Below, piece after piece: positions 21,564 to 33,980 of a stretch of 64,000 bases of DNA. Positions within the stretch are counted from its first letter, which is position 1. The number at the start of each line of letters is the position of its first letter. Both the position numbers and the translations under genes were made by a program. The notes under the pieces were generated by a model that was given only the letters and a program-made list of their open reading frames with translations, was not told where the DNA came from and ran no database searches. Source of the DNA: Gammaproteobacteria bacterium. Lineage in GTDB: Bacteria > Pseudomonadota > Gammaproteobacteria > JAJFKG01. Location: positions 842,503 through 906,502 of the forward strand of contig OZ220716.1 in the NCBI GenBank assembly GCA_965116795.1. The letters are read 5' to 3'.

Positions 21564-22406
21564 TTACTCCTTACTGTTTTGCTTAGTGAATTGTTCGGAA
21601 AGTTCCATTGAACGAGCTGCTGCATTAGATAGTGCTTGTTGAACAATATCTGCTAATTGTTTATCGTTAAATAGGTTAATCGCTTGTTCAGTTGTCCCTT
21701 GTGGTGATGTGACATGTGCACGCAAATCGGCAATGGACACATCACTTTCCAGTGCCAATTTGGCCGCACCAAATACAGTTTGCAATGTTAATAATTCAGC
21801 TGTTTTTTGTGATAATCCTAATGTGATTGCTGCCTTAATTAATGCTTGCATAAACAAATAAATATAAGCAGGCCCACCGCCTGATAATGCGGTGACAGTG
21901 TGTAATTGTTCTTCGTTATCTAACCAAATTGCCATGCCAACTGCACGGATAATTGATTCAGCTAAATCACGTTGTTGCAAACTTACCTGTTGGTTAGCAT
22001 ATAATGCGCTGGCACTACATCCGATCAATGCTGGTGTATTTGGCATGCAGCGTACAATGGCTAAGTTGCCGCCAAGCCATTGTTGAATACTAGATTCAGT
22101 AACCCCTGCGACAATACTGATAATTAATGGTTGTTTAGCTTGAATGTGATCGCGTAGTGTATTGCACAATTCATGTAAACAGTGTGGTTTGACTGCCAGT
22201 ACGACGACATCTGCCGAGTTGACGGCAGTGATGTTATCAGTAGTTGTCTGTATACTAAAGCGTTGTGCTAGAGCAGCTAGTGCATCGCTGTTACGACGTG
22301 TTGCCCAAATGGATTGTTCAGGATAGCCTCGTTGGCGCAATCCACCGATTAAACTGGCTGCCATGTTGCCTGCGCCGATAAATGCAATGGTTGCCTGTGT
22401 TGACAT
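21564..22406 (-). CDS. proC: Pyrroline-5-carboxylate reductase
   Basis: FIGAGNMA, RCMPNTPA, TALSGGGPAY, VTSPQGTT. Confidence 0.96.
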   Translation of the reverse strand: MSTQATIAFIGAGNMAASLIGGLRQRGYPEQSIWATRRNSDALAALAQRFSIQTTTDNITAVNSADVVVLAVKPHCLHELCNTLRDHIQAKQPLIISIVAGVTESSIQQWLGGNLAIVRCMPNTPALIGCSASALYANQQVSLQQRDLAESIIRAVGMAIWLDNEEQLHTVTALSGGGPAYIYLFMQALIKAAITLGLSQKTAELLTLQTVFGAAKLALESDVSIADLRAHVTSPQGTTEQAINLFNDKQLADIVQQALSNAAARSMELSEQFTKQNSKE

Positions 22407-22464
22407 GACATTTAACCCTTTACGATTTGTTTATTGTCGTAATGATTGTACTATTAGCGTTTGC

Positions 22465-23163
22465 TTAAGGGAATGGCTTTTTAGGTATTGTTGTTGTACG
22501 TTGTCCAAAAATGGCTGTACCTAAACGTACCGTGGTTGCACCATGTGCAATCGCCTGCTCCCAATCAGCTGACATACCCATCGATAATGTATCTAATACA
22601 ATACCTGCCGCACAGATTTCTTGACATAATATCTGCATGCGTGCAAAAGCGGTTTGTGTGTGCGGACGTGGGATTGCCATCAAGCCGCGTAATGTTAAGG
22701 CTGGTAAAGTTGATATTGCTTGTGCTAGTGATAATACATCTGTTGGTGCAATCCCGGATTTCTGCGGTTCATTATCAATATTCACTTGGATGCACACATT
22801 CAGTGGCGCTAACTGAGTTGAGCGTTGTGCAGCTAGGCGAGTTGCTTGGTCGAGTCGGGTTACGCTGTGTACCCACGCGAAATGATTAGCAATTAGGTTA
22901 ATTTTATTACGTTGAATCGTACCAATATAGTGCCAAATCAGATCAGGCAAGTCAGCCAGTAATGTCATTTTCCCCAACGCTTCTTGTACTCGGTTTTCAC
23001 CAAAATGGCGTTCACCTGCTGTATATGCTTCACGAATAGCACTGTCTGGATGATTCTTGCTCACACAGATTAAGGTCAATGAATTAGCGGATCGTTGCTG
23101 TGCAGCCAAACAAGCGTGGGCACGTTGGTGAAAATTGACTATATTATCAGTAAGCTTATTCAT
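22465..23163 (-). CDS. yggS: PLP homeostasis protein YggS
   Basis: VSK, FGENRVQE, WHYIG.IQ.NK, LSMGMSAD, VRLGTAIFG. Confidence 0.95.
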   Translation of the reverse strand: MNKLTDNIVNFHQRAHACLAAQQRSANSLTLICVSKNHPDSAIREAYTAGERHFGENRVQEALGKMTLLADLPDLIWHYIGTIQRNKINLIANHFAWVHSVTRLDQATRLAAQRSTQLAPLNVCIQVNIDNEPQKSGIAPTDVLSLAQAISTLPALTLRGLMAIPRPHTQTAFARMQILCQEICAAGIVLDTLSMGMSADWEQAIAHGATTVRLGTAIFGQRTTTIPKKPFP

Positions 23164-23188
23164 GAGTTTGCCTTTAGGAGCATTGGTA

Positions 23189-24226
23189 ATGGATATTAAG
23201 GATTTACTCGCCTTCGCTGTTGAGAATAAAGCATCTGATTTGCATTTATCAACTGATTTACCACCGATGATTCGGGTTGATGGTGATTTGCGTCGTATTG
23301 ATATTCCGGCATTAGATCAGCAAACTACACATGATTTATTATACGCTGTGATGACAGATAAGCAGCGACGTGAATTTGAAGAAAATCTTGAAATTGACTT
23401 TTCATGTGAAATTCCAAAACTATCACGTTTTCGGGTAAATGTGTTTAATCAGAATCGTGGTATCGCGGGCGCGTTTCGGGTAATTCCAGCCACCATTTTA
23501 AGTTTGGAAGAATTAGATGCCCCTGCTAGTTTGTCAAATATTGCTAAGTTTCCACGCGGATTGGTATTAGTAACCGGTGCAACGGGTTCCGGGAAAAGTA
23601 CAACATTGGCTGCCATGTTACATGCAGTCAATAAACAACAGTATTCTCATATTATTACTATTGAAGATCCGATCGAATTTGTACACGTTAGTAATCGTTG
23701 TTTGATCAATCAACGTGAAGTGCATCGAGATACCTTTAGTTTTAGTAATGCATTACGTTCTGCATTGCGTGAAGACCCTGATATTATCTTAGTGGGTGAG
23801 ATGCGTGATTTAGAAACCATTCGTTTAGCATTAACGGCTGCTGAGACTGGGCACTTGGTATTTGGAACGTTACACACGACATCAGCAGCTAAAACAATTA
23901 ATCGGATCATTGATGTTTTTCCTGGTCCTGAGAAAACAATGGTACGTACGATGTTATCAGAATCATTACAAGCAGTAATTGCGCAAAACTTATTAAAGAA
24001 AAAGGGTGGTGGCCGGATTGCAGCACATGAGATTATGATGTGTACCCCGGCGATTCGTAATTTAATTCGTGAGGATAAGATCGCACAAATGTATTCAGCA
24101 ATTCAAACAGGTCAAAACGTAGGGATGCAAACCCTGGAGCAGTGTTTATTAAAATTAGTGAATGAAAATAAAATACCAAAAGAAACAGCAGTCGATGCGG
24201 CTAATAATAAAGATATGTTGAAATAA
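23189..24226 (+). CDS. pilT: Type IV pilus retraction ATPase PilT
   Basis: ASDLHLS, GATGSGKSTTLA, TIEDPIE, ALREDPD, AIRNLIRE; ATG 23189 after AGGAG. Confidence 0.96.
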   Translation: MDIKDLLAFAVENKASDLHLSTDLPPMIRVDGDLRRIDIPALDQQTTHDLLYAVMTDKQRREFEENLEIDFSCEIPKLSRFRVNVFNQNRGIAGAFRVIPATILSLEELDAPASLSNIAKFPRGLVLVTGATGSGKSTTLAAMLHAVNKQQYSHIITIEDPIEFVHVSNRCLINQREVHRDTFSFSNALRSALREDPDIILVGEMRDLETIRLALTAAETGHLVFGTLHTTSAAKTINRIIDVFPGPEKTMVRTMLSESLQAVIAQNLLKKKGGGRIAAHEIMMCTPAIRNLIREDKIAQMYSAIQTGQNVGMQTLEQCLLKLVNENKIPKETAVDAANNKDMLK

Positions 24227-24327
24227 AAATAACTACTTAGGTTTTTTTAATGTAAACGCCATCTTTAGCAGAACTTGCCAGACAATATCAGTAAAACGTG
24301 CTCATGTATGCTAAATATACTGCGAAG

Positions 24328-24362
24328 CCCGTCATCCCGCGGCTTGACCGCGGGATGACGGG
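24328..24362. repeat. CGTC-type REP-like hairpin (resembles Rickettsia RPE-4 core)
   Basis: CCCGTCATCCCGCGG-CTTGA-CCGCGGGATGACGGG. Confidence 0.8.
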
Positions 24363-24378
24363 AGAGAGGTAGTTACAT

Positions 24379-24408
24379 AAAAAAAGCCCACCAAACAGGT
24401 GGGCTTTT
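24379..24408 (-). terminator. Intrinsic terminator of groEL, likely bidirectional with pilT
   Basis: A7-GCCCACC-AAACA-GGTGGGC-TTTT. Confidence 0.85.
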
Positions 24409-24447
24409 CTATTTGTGACTGTAGGTCAGTCGGTAGCAAAGGCTGTA

Positions 24448-26103
<1,656 letters not shown>

Positions 26104-26153
26104 TCACTAATAAATTACGTTAATTTAACCTTAAATATCACAGTAAGTGGTTA

Positions 26154-26450
26154 TTACTCGACAACACCAATGATGTCATCTTCGCGTAGTACCACTAACT
26201 CTTCGTCGCCGATTTTAGTTTCAGTGCCGGCGTATTTACCAAACAACACGGTGTCGCCTTTTTTAACATCGGCAACTTCGCGACGTTTGCCATCATCTAA
26301 GAATTTGCCAGGGCCGACGGCGATCACTTCACCTTCCGCAGGCTTTTCTTTTGATGAATCTGGGATCAAAATCCCACCCTGAGTTTTTTCTTCACCAGGC
26401 CGACGTCTGACAATGACGCGATCACCTAATGGACGAAGCTGTTTACTCAT
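26154..26450 (-). CDS. groS: Co-chaperonin GroES
   Basis: [27 protein letters not shown]; start at MSKQL. Confidence 0.97.
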   Translation of the reverse strand: MSKQLRPLGDRVIVRRRPGEEKTQGGILIPDSSKEKPAEGEVIAVGPGKFLDDGKRREVADVKKGDTVLFGKYAGTETKIGDEELVVLREDDIIGVVE

Positions 26451-26613
26451 GCATGTTTCTCCTAAATATAAAAAAGTTGAACATCGTGCCTGACATACTC
26501 TTCGCATTTTGACTGTGGGCTTTATTGGCTTTGCCTACATTTAAAATACGTTGAGTCAGCGTAAGCGCAATGTAATTCTTTGAAAAAGCCTAACTTTTTC
26601 GTAAGATTACAGA

Positions 26614-26640
26614 TTAGCACTCTCGCCTAGCGAGTGCCAA
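26614..26640. promoter_or_regulatory. CIRCE operator (HrcA binding site)
   Basis: TTAGCACTC-N9-GAGTGCCAA upstream of groES, abutting minus-strand TTGACT-16bp-TATGAT (26640-26667). Confidence 0.93.
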
Positions 26641-26717
26641 TCATACGCCCTTTGCAAAGTGAGTCAAGCGTGTAGGCCTTACCAAGTTACCCCAGCGTTC
26701 CCACGTGTGCCTGTGAT

Positions 26718-28592
26718 ATGATGGCACGTCAAACAAATTTCAAGGTTATTGAATTGAATAACTATCCTAATCGGTACAGTCGTCGTCGGTTTGCATGGGG
26801 ATTCGTGCTACTGTTTGCGCTTTGTGTAACCAGTGCATTTGCCACAACACCCCTACCAGCACAACGTGCTTTTGTATTGTCCACGATGGTGTTGCCAACA
26901 ATTAAAGTGTCCAAATCAAGTGCAGATGAAATGGTAATGGTGCGCGCTACTTGGCAGATTACCCTGGACCATTTCTTATATCGCGATCAAATTACCGTTA
27001 GGCTAGCTGATAATACGGATGAGATGACGGCTATTGGCGTTGTACAATTTCCTACAGGTATGATGCATACCGATGCATTATCACAACAGTATCCGATTTA
27101 TCGTGATCAAGTGGCCATTAATATTCCCATTGTTTATCCACAACAGTCAATAATTACACTCGATATTAGTTATCAAGGTTGTTCGGATGCCGGACACTGT
27201 TATCCACCTATCACCCAACGTGTTTCATTGGATTTGCAACAACCTGGTGTCGCTATTCAGGGTCACGTACAACCAAGTAGTGTACTGAGTACAGTCGATG
27301 AGTTAGTTAATCCACAGGCTATTTGGTTAACGTTAATGAGTTTTATTGGATTGGGATTGCTGCTAGCGTTTACACCGTGTGTGTTGCCAATGATTCCAAT
27401 CTTGTCTGGGATCATCATTGGGCATGGTACTCAGTTAACTACGTTCAAAGGGTTTTTATTATCGTTATCCTATGTATTGGGTATGTCATTAACCTATGCG
27501 GTGTTTGGCATTGTGATCACCACAGCGGGTTATAACTTACAAGTGTTATTACAAACACCGTGGGTAATTGGTTTATTTAGCTTGCTATTTATTGGATTAG
27601 CATTATCGATGTTTGGCTTATTTGAATTACGCCTGCCACGTGCAATTGAACAGATATTACATATGCTTAGCTATCGCCAACGCAGTGGAACCTATTTGGG
27701 TGCGTTTGTTATGGGTTCAATTGCAACGTTGTTAGTTTCACCGTGTGTGAGTGCACCGCTGGTTGGTGCATTGGCTTATATTAGTAAAACTGGTGATATT
27801 ACATTGGGTGCGTTGACATTATTTTGTTTAGGGTTAGGCATGGGATTACCGTTGTTGTTACTGGGTATTTCTGGAGGAAAGTATTTGCCTCGCAGTGGTC
27901 ATTGGACGCGACGCATTAATGCATTGTTTGGTTTCTTACTATTAGCAGTGGCTGTTTATTTGGTGGAACGCTTATTACCAAGTGTTATTGCAATGTCTTT
28001 ATGGGCAATGTTATGTATTATGATCGGCATTTATCTTATATCACTCACACTACCACACCTACAAGCACGCATCATCAGTAAAACAATTGGCTTAATTAGT
28101 ATTGGTTTAGCGGTATTAATTTTTATAGGTGGCATGTTAGGTAACACATCACCGCTAAAACCGTTAGCTAATTTACATTACACAGCTCGACACGGTTGGC
28201 AGTTAACAACGAATTCGCTGTCATTTATTAATATAAAAACAGTGAATGATTTGAAACAACAATTGCAATTGGCGCGAACACAACATAAAGCAGTGATGTT
28301 AGACATTTATGCTGATTGGTGTATTGCATGTAAAGTCATTGAGCGTGATGTGTTTACCCATCCCGCTGTAATTGATGCGTTGCAATCATTTGTGTTATTG
28401 CAAGCAGATGTGACAGTTAATAATGCTGCTGATCGTGCCTTACTTAAAGCGTATGACATTATTGCACCGCCAACGATTCTATTCTTTGATAAGAATGGCA
28501 CTGAACTGATTGCTACACGGATCATTGGTGAAATTAATGCGCAGCAGTTTTTGCAACATATTGCGTCAGTCTCCTCATCAAATGCGGACTAA
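26718..28592 (+). CDS. dsbD: Thiol:disulfide interchange protein DsbD
   Basis: YQGCSDAGHCYPP, AFTPCVLPMIPI, SPCVSAPL, YADWCIACK. Confidence 0.95.
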   Translation: MMARQTNFKVIELNNYPNRYSRRRFAWGFVLLFALCVTSAFATTPLPAQRAFVLSTMVLPTIKVSKSSADEMVMVRATWQITLDHFLYRDQITVRLADNTDEMTAIGVVQFPTGMMHTDALSQQYPIYRDQVAINIPIVYPQQSIITLDISYQGCSDAGHCYPPITQRVSLDLQQPGVAIQGHVQPSSVLSTVDELVNPQAIWLTLMSFIGLGLLLAFTPCVLPMIPILSGIIIGHGTQLTTFKGFLLSLSYVLGMSLTYAVFGIVITTAGYNLQVLLQTPWVIGLFSLLFIGLALSMFGLFELRLPRAIEQILHMLSYRQRSGTYLGAFVMGSIATLLVSPCVSAPLVGALAYISKTGDITLGALTLFCLGLGMGLPLLLLGISGGKYLPRSGHWTRRINALFGFLLLAVAVYLVERLLPSVIAMSLWAMLCIMIGIYLISLTLPHLQARIISKTIGLISIGLAVLIFIGGMLGNTSPLKPLANLHYTARHGWQLTTNSLSFINIKTVNDLKQQLQLARTQHKAVMLDIYADWCIACKVIERDVFTHPAVIDALQSFVLLQADVTVNNAADRALLKAYDIIAPPTILFFDKNGTELIATRIIGEINAQQFLQHIASVSSSNAD

Positions 28593-28703
28593 TAGTAGTC
28601 AACGTGAAGAATTTGCAGTGAACTTGCGACGAATTGCAGTGAACTAGACAAGAAATCTGAATTACGGCACAATGCGCGTCAACCATCAACTCGGATGATA
28701 TTG

Positions 28704-29159
28704 ATGACGAATGTGCACAAAATTTGGGTGTTACACGGACCAAATTTAAACCTACTGGGACAACGCGAGCCAGATGTCTATGGCCATGTATCGCTAGCTG
28801 ATCTCAATGGTGAATTAACCACCTTTGCTACACAACATGATGTTGCATTGACTTGCCATCAACATAATGCCGAACATGCACTAATTGAGTTAATCCACCA
28901 AGCTAAAGTAGATCATGTACAATGCATTGTGTTTAATCCCGCTGCATTTGCTCATACCAGCATTGCGTTGCGCGATGCATTATTAGCAGTCAACATTCCG
29001 TTTATTGAAGTGCATTTGACTAATGTTGATGCGCGTGAACCATTTCGACAACAATCCTATTTTTCAGATATTGCACTCGGTGTGATCAGTGGGTTTGGTG
29101 TACAAAGTTATTTATTGGGATTGCATGCAGCTGTAAAGTATGTGCAATGCAAATGTTAG
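28704..29159 (+). CDS. aroQ: Type II 3-dehydroquinate dehydratase
   Basis: [35 protein letters not shown]...REPFR. Confidence 0.96.
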   Translation: MTNVHKIWVLHGPNLNLLGQREPDVYGHVSLADLNGELTTFATQHDVALTCHQHNAEHALIELIHQAKVDHVQCIVFNPAAFAHTSIALRDALLAVNIPFIEVHLTNVDAREPFRQQSYFSDIALGVISGFGVQSYLLGLHAAVKYVQCKC

Positions 29160-29165
29160 TAATGT

Positions 29166-29233
29166 TACTCAGGTATTATAGGCTCAAGCAATTGGATTGT
29201 CGCCTCGCCTACAATTCAAGGGTGCCGAGTATA
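29166..29233. repeat. Internally deleted ERIC-like element (copy D)
   Basis: TACTC start; TTGTCGCCTCGCCTACAATTCAA and GAGTATA end match the right arm of the 127-bp family. Confidence 0.6.
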
Positions 29234-29249
29234 GTGGAGATAATAAATA

Positions 29250-29696
29250 ATGGATATTCGTAAAGTCAAAGCATTAATTGGGTTGTTAAAAGAAACAGGC
29301 GTAGCTGAAATTGAAATTCATGAAGGTGAAGAATCAGTGCGTATAAGCCACTATGCGACAAATGCGCCTGTTACTAGCGTACCGGTTGCTGCTCCTGCTG
29401 CACAAGTCGTAACACCTACACTTGAAGCACCATCGCCAACTAAGACCACGATTAGTGGACACGAAGTAAAGTCACCGATGGTTGGCACAATGTATACGTC
29501 ACCATCTCCAGGCGAACCGACATTTGTGGATGTTGGTCAACGGGTGAGTGTTGGTGATGTGTTATGTATTATCGAAGCAATGAAAATGTTTAATCAGATC
29601 GAAGCGGATAAAGCAGGGGTAGTCAAAGCACGCTTAGTTGAAAATGGACAACCTGTTGAGTTTAATCAGCCACTATTTATCATCGACGATGAGTAA
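29250..29696 (+). CDS. accB: Biotin carboxyl carrier protein
   Basis: [22 protein letters not shown]. Confidence 0.97.
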   Translation: MDIRKVKALIGLLKETGVAEIEIHEGEESVRISHYATNAPVTSVPVAAPAAQVVTPTLEAPSPTKTTISGHEVKSPMVGTMYTSPSPGEPTFVDVGQRVSVGDVLCIIEAMKMFNQIEADKAGVVKARLVENGQPVEFNQPLFIIDDE

Positions 29697-29729
29697 TTTG
29701 TTTTTAATTATGTTTATAGAGAAAATTAC

Positions 29730-31070
29730 ATGTTTGATAAAATTGTCATAGCCAACCGTGGTGAAATTGCTTTACGCATTTTACGTGCATGCAAAGAGCT
29801 AGGCATTAAAACGGTTGCAGTTCATTCGATGACAGACCGTAATTTAATTCACGTACGCCTTGCAGATGAATCTGTTTGTATCGGTCCAGATAAGGTGGCT
29901 GATAGTTATTTAAATATTCCCGCGGTAGTTAGTGCTGCTGAAGTTACTGATGCTTTAGCACTGCATCCAGGTTATGGCTTTTTGGCTGAGAATGCTGATT
30001 TTGCAGAACAAGTCGAAAAAAGTGGTTTTGTTTTTATTGGACCAACACCTGATACTATTCGTTTAATGGGTGATAAAGTCTCGGCAATTGCTGCAATGAA
30101 ACAAGCTGGCGTGCCATGCGTTCCGGGATCAGACGGACCATTGGGTGATGATTCGCAAACCAATCTAAGTATTGCACGTGATATTGGTTATCCTGTCATT
30201 ATTAAAGCCGCTGGTGGTGGTGGTGGACGTGGTATGCGCGTTGTTCGTAGTGAGGCTGCGTTAATTAATGCGATTAGTATGACGCGTCAAGAAGCTAAAG
30301 CTGGTTTTAATAATGATATGGTGTACATGGAAAAATTTTTAGAAAATCCGCGCCACATCGAGATCCAAGTGTTGGGAGATGGTAGGGGAGATGCAATCCA
30401 CTTAGGAGAACGCGATTGTTCATTACAACGACGCCATCAAAAAGTATTGGAAGAATCACCAGCACCAGGTTTGAGTGAAGAACAACGACAAACCATTGGT
30501 ATGCGGTGTGTGCAAGCGTGCCGAGAAATGTGTTATCGGGGTGCAGGCACATTCGAATTCTTGTATGAAGATGGGCATTTCTATTTTATTGAAATGAATA
30601 CCCGTGTCCAGGTAGAACATCCAATCACTGAAATGGTTACCGGAATTGATATTGTTAAAGAGCAGATTAAGATAGCAGCAGGTGAGCCACTGACTATTAA
30701 GCAAGATGATATTCGATTATCTGGACATGCGATCGAGTGTCGGATTAACGCAGAAGATCCATTTAACTTTACCCCTAGTCCCGGTAAGGTTGATCTATAT
30801 CATCCACCGGGTGGTCCTGGGATCCGCGTCGACTCACATCTTTATAGTAGTTATACGGTGCCGCCACACTACGATTCATTAATTGGTAAATTGATTGCGT
30901 ATGGTAATGATCGTCAATCTGCCATTCGACGTATGCGTCAAGCGTTGGATGAGTTACTCATCGAGGGGATTAAAACCAATACTGCCTTACATCAAAAGTT
31001 AATGCGTGATAGCCACTTTATCGAAGGTGGGGTTAATATCCATTATCTTGAAAAGAAACTGAATTTATAA
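29730..31070 (+). CDS. accC: Biotin carboxylase
   Basis: [37 protein letters not shown]. Confidence 0.98.
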   Translation: MFDKIVIANRGEIALRILRACKELGIKTVAVHSMTDRNLIHVRLADESVCIGPDKVADSYLNIPAVVSAAEVTDALALHPGYGFLAENADFAEQVEKSGFVFIGPTPDTIRLMGDKVSAIAAMKQAGVPCVPGSDGPLGDDSQTNLSIARDIGYPVIIKAAGGGGGRGMRVVRSEAALINAISMTRQEAKAGFNNDMVYMEKFLENPRHIEIQVLGDGRGDAIHLGERDCSLQRRHQKVLEESPAPGLSEEQRQTIGMRCVQACREMCYRGAGTFEFLYEDGHFYFIEMNTRVQVEHPITEMVTGIDIVKEQIKIAAGEPLTIKQDDIRLSGHAIECRINAEDPFNFTPSPGKVDLYHPPGGPGIRVDSHLYSSYTVPPHYDSLIGKLIAYGNDRQSAIRRMRQALDELLIEGIKTNTALHQKLMRDSHFIEGGVNIHYLEKKLNL

Positions 31071-31239
31071 AGGGAAAATCAGGGTATATCTGCTCTCTAA
31101 GAACCCCAGTTCTAGGGTTAAAGATCATCTGTATTCAGGATAAACGGGTATAACTCATAGCAACCCGATAATTTTTATATAAGAATTTGCAAAAACAGTA
31201 TGTTAGCTAGCTTAGTGGTCAAATATGGCCGGCTGTTTT

Positions 31240-31256
31240 TGTGCATAAATTGGCCA
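31240..31256. promoter_or_regulatory. Candidate Fis-binding site upstream of fis promoter
   Basis: TGTGCATAAATTGGCCA fits G-N2-YR-N2-W-N2-YR-N2-C and TG-N13-CA Fis patterns; the pattern is degenerate. Confidence 0.4.
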
Positions 31257-31295
31257 ATTCAGGCCATCTTTTTTCCGAAAAAGGGCAAATTAGAC

Positions 31296-31330
31296 TTGTA
31301 TACTTCATTACCAATGTCTATAATGCGGCT
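31296..31330 (+). promoter_or_regulatory. Sigma70 promoter with GC-rich discriminator for fis
   Basis: TTGTAT-17bp-TATAAT-GCGGCT. Confidence 0.7.
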
Positions 31331-31502
31331 TCCTTTAGTCGGGATCTCCTCATAGGACAGTGTACAGGGGTAGTTGCCAGGACAGCTGTCGTCGATGTTG
31401 TTTTTAGGCGGTAGCCGTGCTGTCAGGTGGAGAATAATAGTAACGAAATAAGTTAACGTAATGTTCGCTTTTTTATACAATAGCGTAATTATTTGATTTT
31501 TT

Positions 31503-31564
31503 GGATCCTGGATAACCGCTTTGCGGCTTCCAGAGCTTGTCCTGGACTCGATCCAGGAATAACG
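31503..31564. repeat. REP-like double hairpin in fis leader
   Basis: CTGGA-TAACCGCTTTGCGGCT-TCCAG and TCCTGGA-CTCGA-TCCAGGA; minus strand starts CGTTATTCC, resembling a CGTC tag. Confidence 0.55.
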
Positions 31565-31698
31565 CCTCAACGCGTAGAGGCTCTATTAATTTGTTTTTGA
31601 GAACAAATTTACTTGGTTTCTAGATAAAGTCGAATATGGCGTTAGTTATTGATTTAATTAGCCTTTTTCTAACTAATGGATGAGAGAGTACGTTACCA

Positions 31699-32283
31699 AT
31701 GAATATATCAGATACAGCAAATAATACAGCCAACATGGTTACCGATACGGTACCGGTGGTTGAACAGCAAGAACAATCGTTGAAACAACGAGTGCTTGAT
31801 TGTTCACGCGCGGTATTGCAACGGTTTCGTAATGAAATTGATGGGCGTGTTTATGACATCATCTTAGCCGGTATGGAACGCCCTTTATTGCTTGCGATCA
31901 TTGAGGAATGTCGTGGTAATCAAACCAAAGCAGCCGATATGTTAAGTTTAAGTCGTGGCACATTGCGCAAAAAATTGAGAATACGTGGTATTGATCGCCA
32001 TGCTAATCAAGAAGCTGTTTCAGCGGAAAGTGGCGAATTGCAACAAATGTTAGCACCAATGAGTGATTGTGTGTTGCAAAACGTACGTCGTTATTTGAAC
32101 AATATGCGCGGCCAATCAATTACTAAAATGCGTAATATGGTATTGGCTGAAATTGAAGAACCCTTACTAACTGCGGTGATGGAAGAAGTACGCGATAACC
32201 AGACGCGCGCAGCAAAGTTATTGGGCTTAAGCCGTGGTACATTACGTAAGAAATTAAAAATTTACGGTATTGAACGCCGTTAA
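31699..32283 (+). CDS. fis: Fis family nucleoid protein with two tandem Fis domains
   Basis: Two HTH_8 motifs (GNQTKAADMLSLSRGTLRKKL; DNQTRAAKLLGLSRGTLRKKL), each preceded by Fis helices A/B; canonical position before purH. Confidence 0.92.
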   Translation: MNISDTANNTANMVTDTVPVVEQQEQSLKQRVLDCSRAVLQRFRNEIDGRVYDIILAGMERPLLLAIIEECRGNQTKAADMLSLSRGTLRKKLRIRGIDRHANQEAVSAESGELQQMLAPMSDCVLQNVRRYLNNMRGQSITKMRNMVLAEIEEPLLTAVMEEVRDNQTRAAKLLGLSRGTLRKKLKIYGIERR

Positions 32284-32306
32284 AGAATACCTCCTTTGAT
32301 GTTGAT

Positions 32307-32343
32307 AAAGCGCGGATACCTTCTTCCGCGCTTTGTTTTTTTT
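32307..32343 (+). terminator. Intrinsic terminator after fis
   Basis: AAAGCGCGGA-loop-TCCGCGCTTT followed by GT8. Confidence 0.8.
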
Positions 32344-32368
32344 AGTGGTTATCTAGGCTCTTTAAGGA

Positions 32369-33961
32369 ATGAGTGTGAAGCCAACACCTATTCGCACCGC
32401 ATTACTCAGTGTGTCTGATAAGACAGGTATTGTTGAATTTGCTCGCCAACTAATCTCGCAAAACATCACATTATTGTCTACCGGTGGCACAGCTGCCTTA
32501 CTCAAACAACAGGGTATTGCCGTTACTCAAATCAGCGAGCATACTGGTTGTGCTGAAATGCTTGATGGGCGCGTCAAAACGCTACACCCCAAAATCCATG
32601 GTGGTATTTTAGCGCGTCGTGGGCAAGATGATGCATGCTTACAACAACATGGGATTACCCCCATCGATTTAGTTGTTGTGAATCTATATCCATTTCAACA
32701 GACAATTGCTGATCCGAGTTGTACGTTAGCTGATGCCATCGAGCAAATTGACATTGGCGGACCAACAATGTTGCGTGCAGCAGCAAAAAATCAAACCTAT
32801 GTTAGTGTCGTGGTTGATCCAGATGATTATGCTGAAATAGGTGCAGCAATTGGTATGCATGGTGGTTTATCAGTGCAACAGCGTGCTAGCTTAGCTAGTA
32901 AGGCATTTATACACACTGCTCAATATGATTGTGCGATTGCTAACTATCTTCAGCAACAATTAAGTGAAGATAATGCTATATATCCCACGTTGTATCAGCC
33001 AATGTATATTAAGCACAGTGATTTGCGTTACGGGGAAAACCCACATCAGACCGCTGCATTTTATTGTGAACCCGGTGAATTGACTGCAAACGTTGCTAGT
33101 GCCCAATTAATACAAGGCAAACCCTTATCGTTTAATAATATTGCCGATGCTGATAGTGCCTTTTGTTGTGTGAAACAGTTGCCAACAACGCTAGATCAAT
33201 ATGCCTGTGTGATTGTAAAACATGCTAATCCATGTGGGGTAGCAATTGCCCAGTCACTGGAAGCTGCCTATCAACGTGCCTTTATAACTGATAAAACATC
33301 TGCATTTGGTGGAATCATTGCGTTCAACCGTGCTTTAGATGGTGTGACAGCACATGCTATTTTAGCTAATCAATTTTGTGAAGTGATTATTGCGCCTGGA
33401 ATGACTGATGAAGCACGTCATTGTTTATCGCAAAAGCCAAATATACGCGTATTAATAACCTCAGCTATTGAGCCAGCGCGATGTGGTCAATCAAGCATAG
33501 ATTATAAAAAGGTAGAGGGTGGTTTATTAGTGCAAAGTGCAGACACGTTAGATGAATTACCCGATACGTTTACTGTAGTCACTCGACGTAAACCAACGGA
33601 TGCACAATGTCGCGATTTATTATTTAGTTGGCATGTAACTAAATATGTTAAATCAAACGCAATTGTGTATGCTCGGGATAATGCCACTGTTGGTATTGGT
33701 GCTGGTCAAATGAGTCGGGTGATCAGTGCGCACATTGCTGAGTACAAAGCACAGCAAGAGCAATTGTCAGTCAGTGGTGCCGCCATGGGTTCGGATGCCT
33801 TTTTCCCATTTCGTGATAGTATTGACGCTGCTGCTACTGCTGGGATCAATGCCATCATTCAACCGGGTGGTTCAATTCGCGATGAAGAAGTGATTGCAGC
33901 TGCTGATGAAGCGAATATTGCAATGGTATTTACTCATAGACGTCACTTTCGTCATGCCTAA
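32369..33961 (+). CDS. purH: AICAR transformylase / IMP cyclohydrolase
   Basis: [43 protein letters not shown]. Confidence 0.98.
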   Translation: MSVKPTPIRTALLSVSDKTGIVEFARQLISQNITLLSTGGTAALLKQQGIAVTQISEHTGCAEMLDGRVKTLHPKIHGGILARRGQDDACLQQHGITPIDLVVVNLYPFQQTIADPSCTLADAIEQIDIGGPTMLRAAAKNQTYVSVVVDPDDYAEIGAAIGMHGGLSVQQRASLASKAFIHTAQYDCAIANYLQQQLSEDNAIYPTLYQPMYIKHSDLRYGENPHQTAAFYCEPGELTANVASAQLIQGKPLSFNNIADADSAFCCVKQLPTTLDQYACVIVKHANPCGVAIAQSLEAAYQRAFITDKTSAFGGIIAFNRALDGVTAHAILANQFCEVIIAPGMTDEARHCLSQKPNIRVLITSAIEPARCGQSSIDYKKVEGGLLVQSADTLDELPDTFTVVTRRKPTDAQCRDLLFSWHVTKYVKSNAIVYARDNATVGIGAGQMSRVISAHIAEYKAQQEQLSVSGAAMGSDAFFPFRDSIDAAATAGINAIIQPGGSIRDEEVIAAADEANIAMVFTHRRHFRHA

Positions 33962-33980
33962 TGGGAGTTAAGGAGTAAAT

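Noticed and set aside
24250-24325. GCTCATGTATGCTAAATATACTGCG resembling a MITE central motif
   Set aside because: Possibly a decayed element, but no terminal repeats could be delimited.
31259-31570. 103-aa minus-strand ORF upstream of fis
   Set aside because: TTG start inside a REP-like repeat, crosses the fis promoter, and has no recognisable motif.
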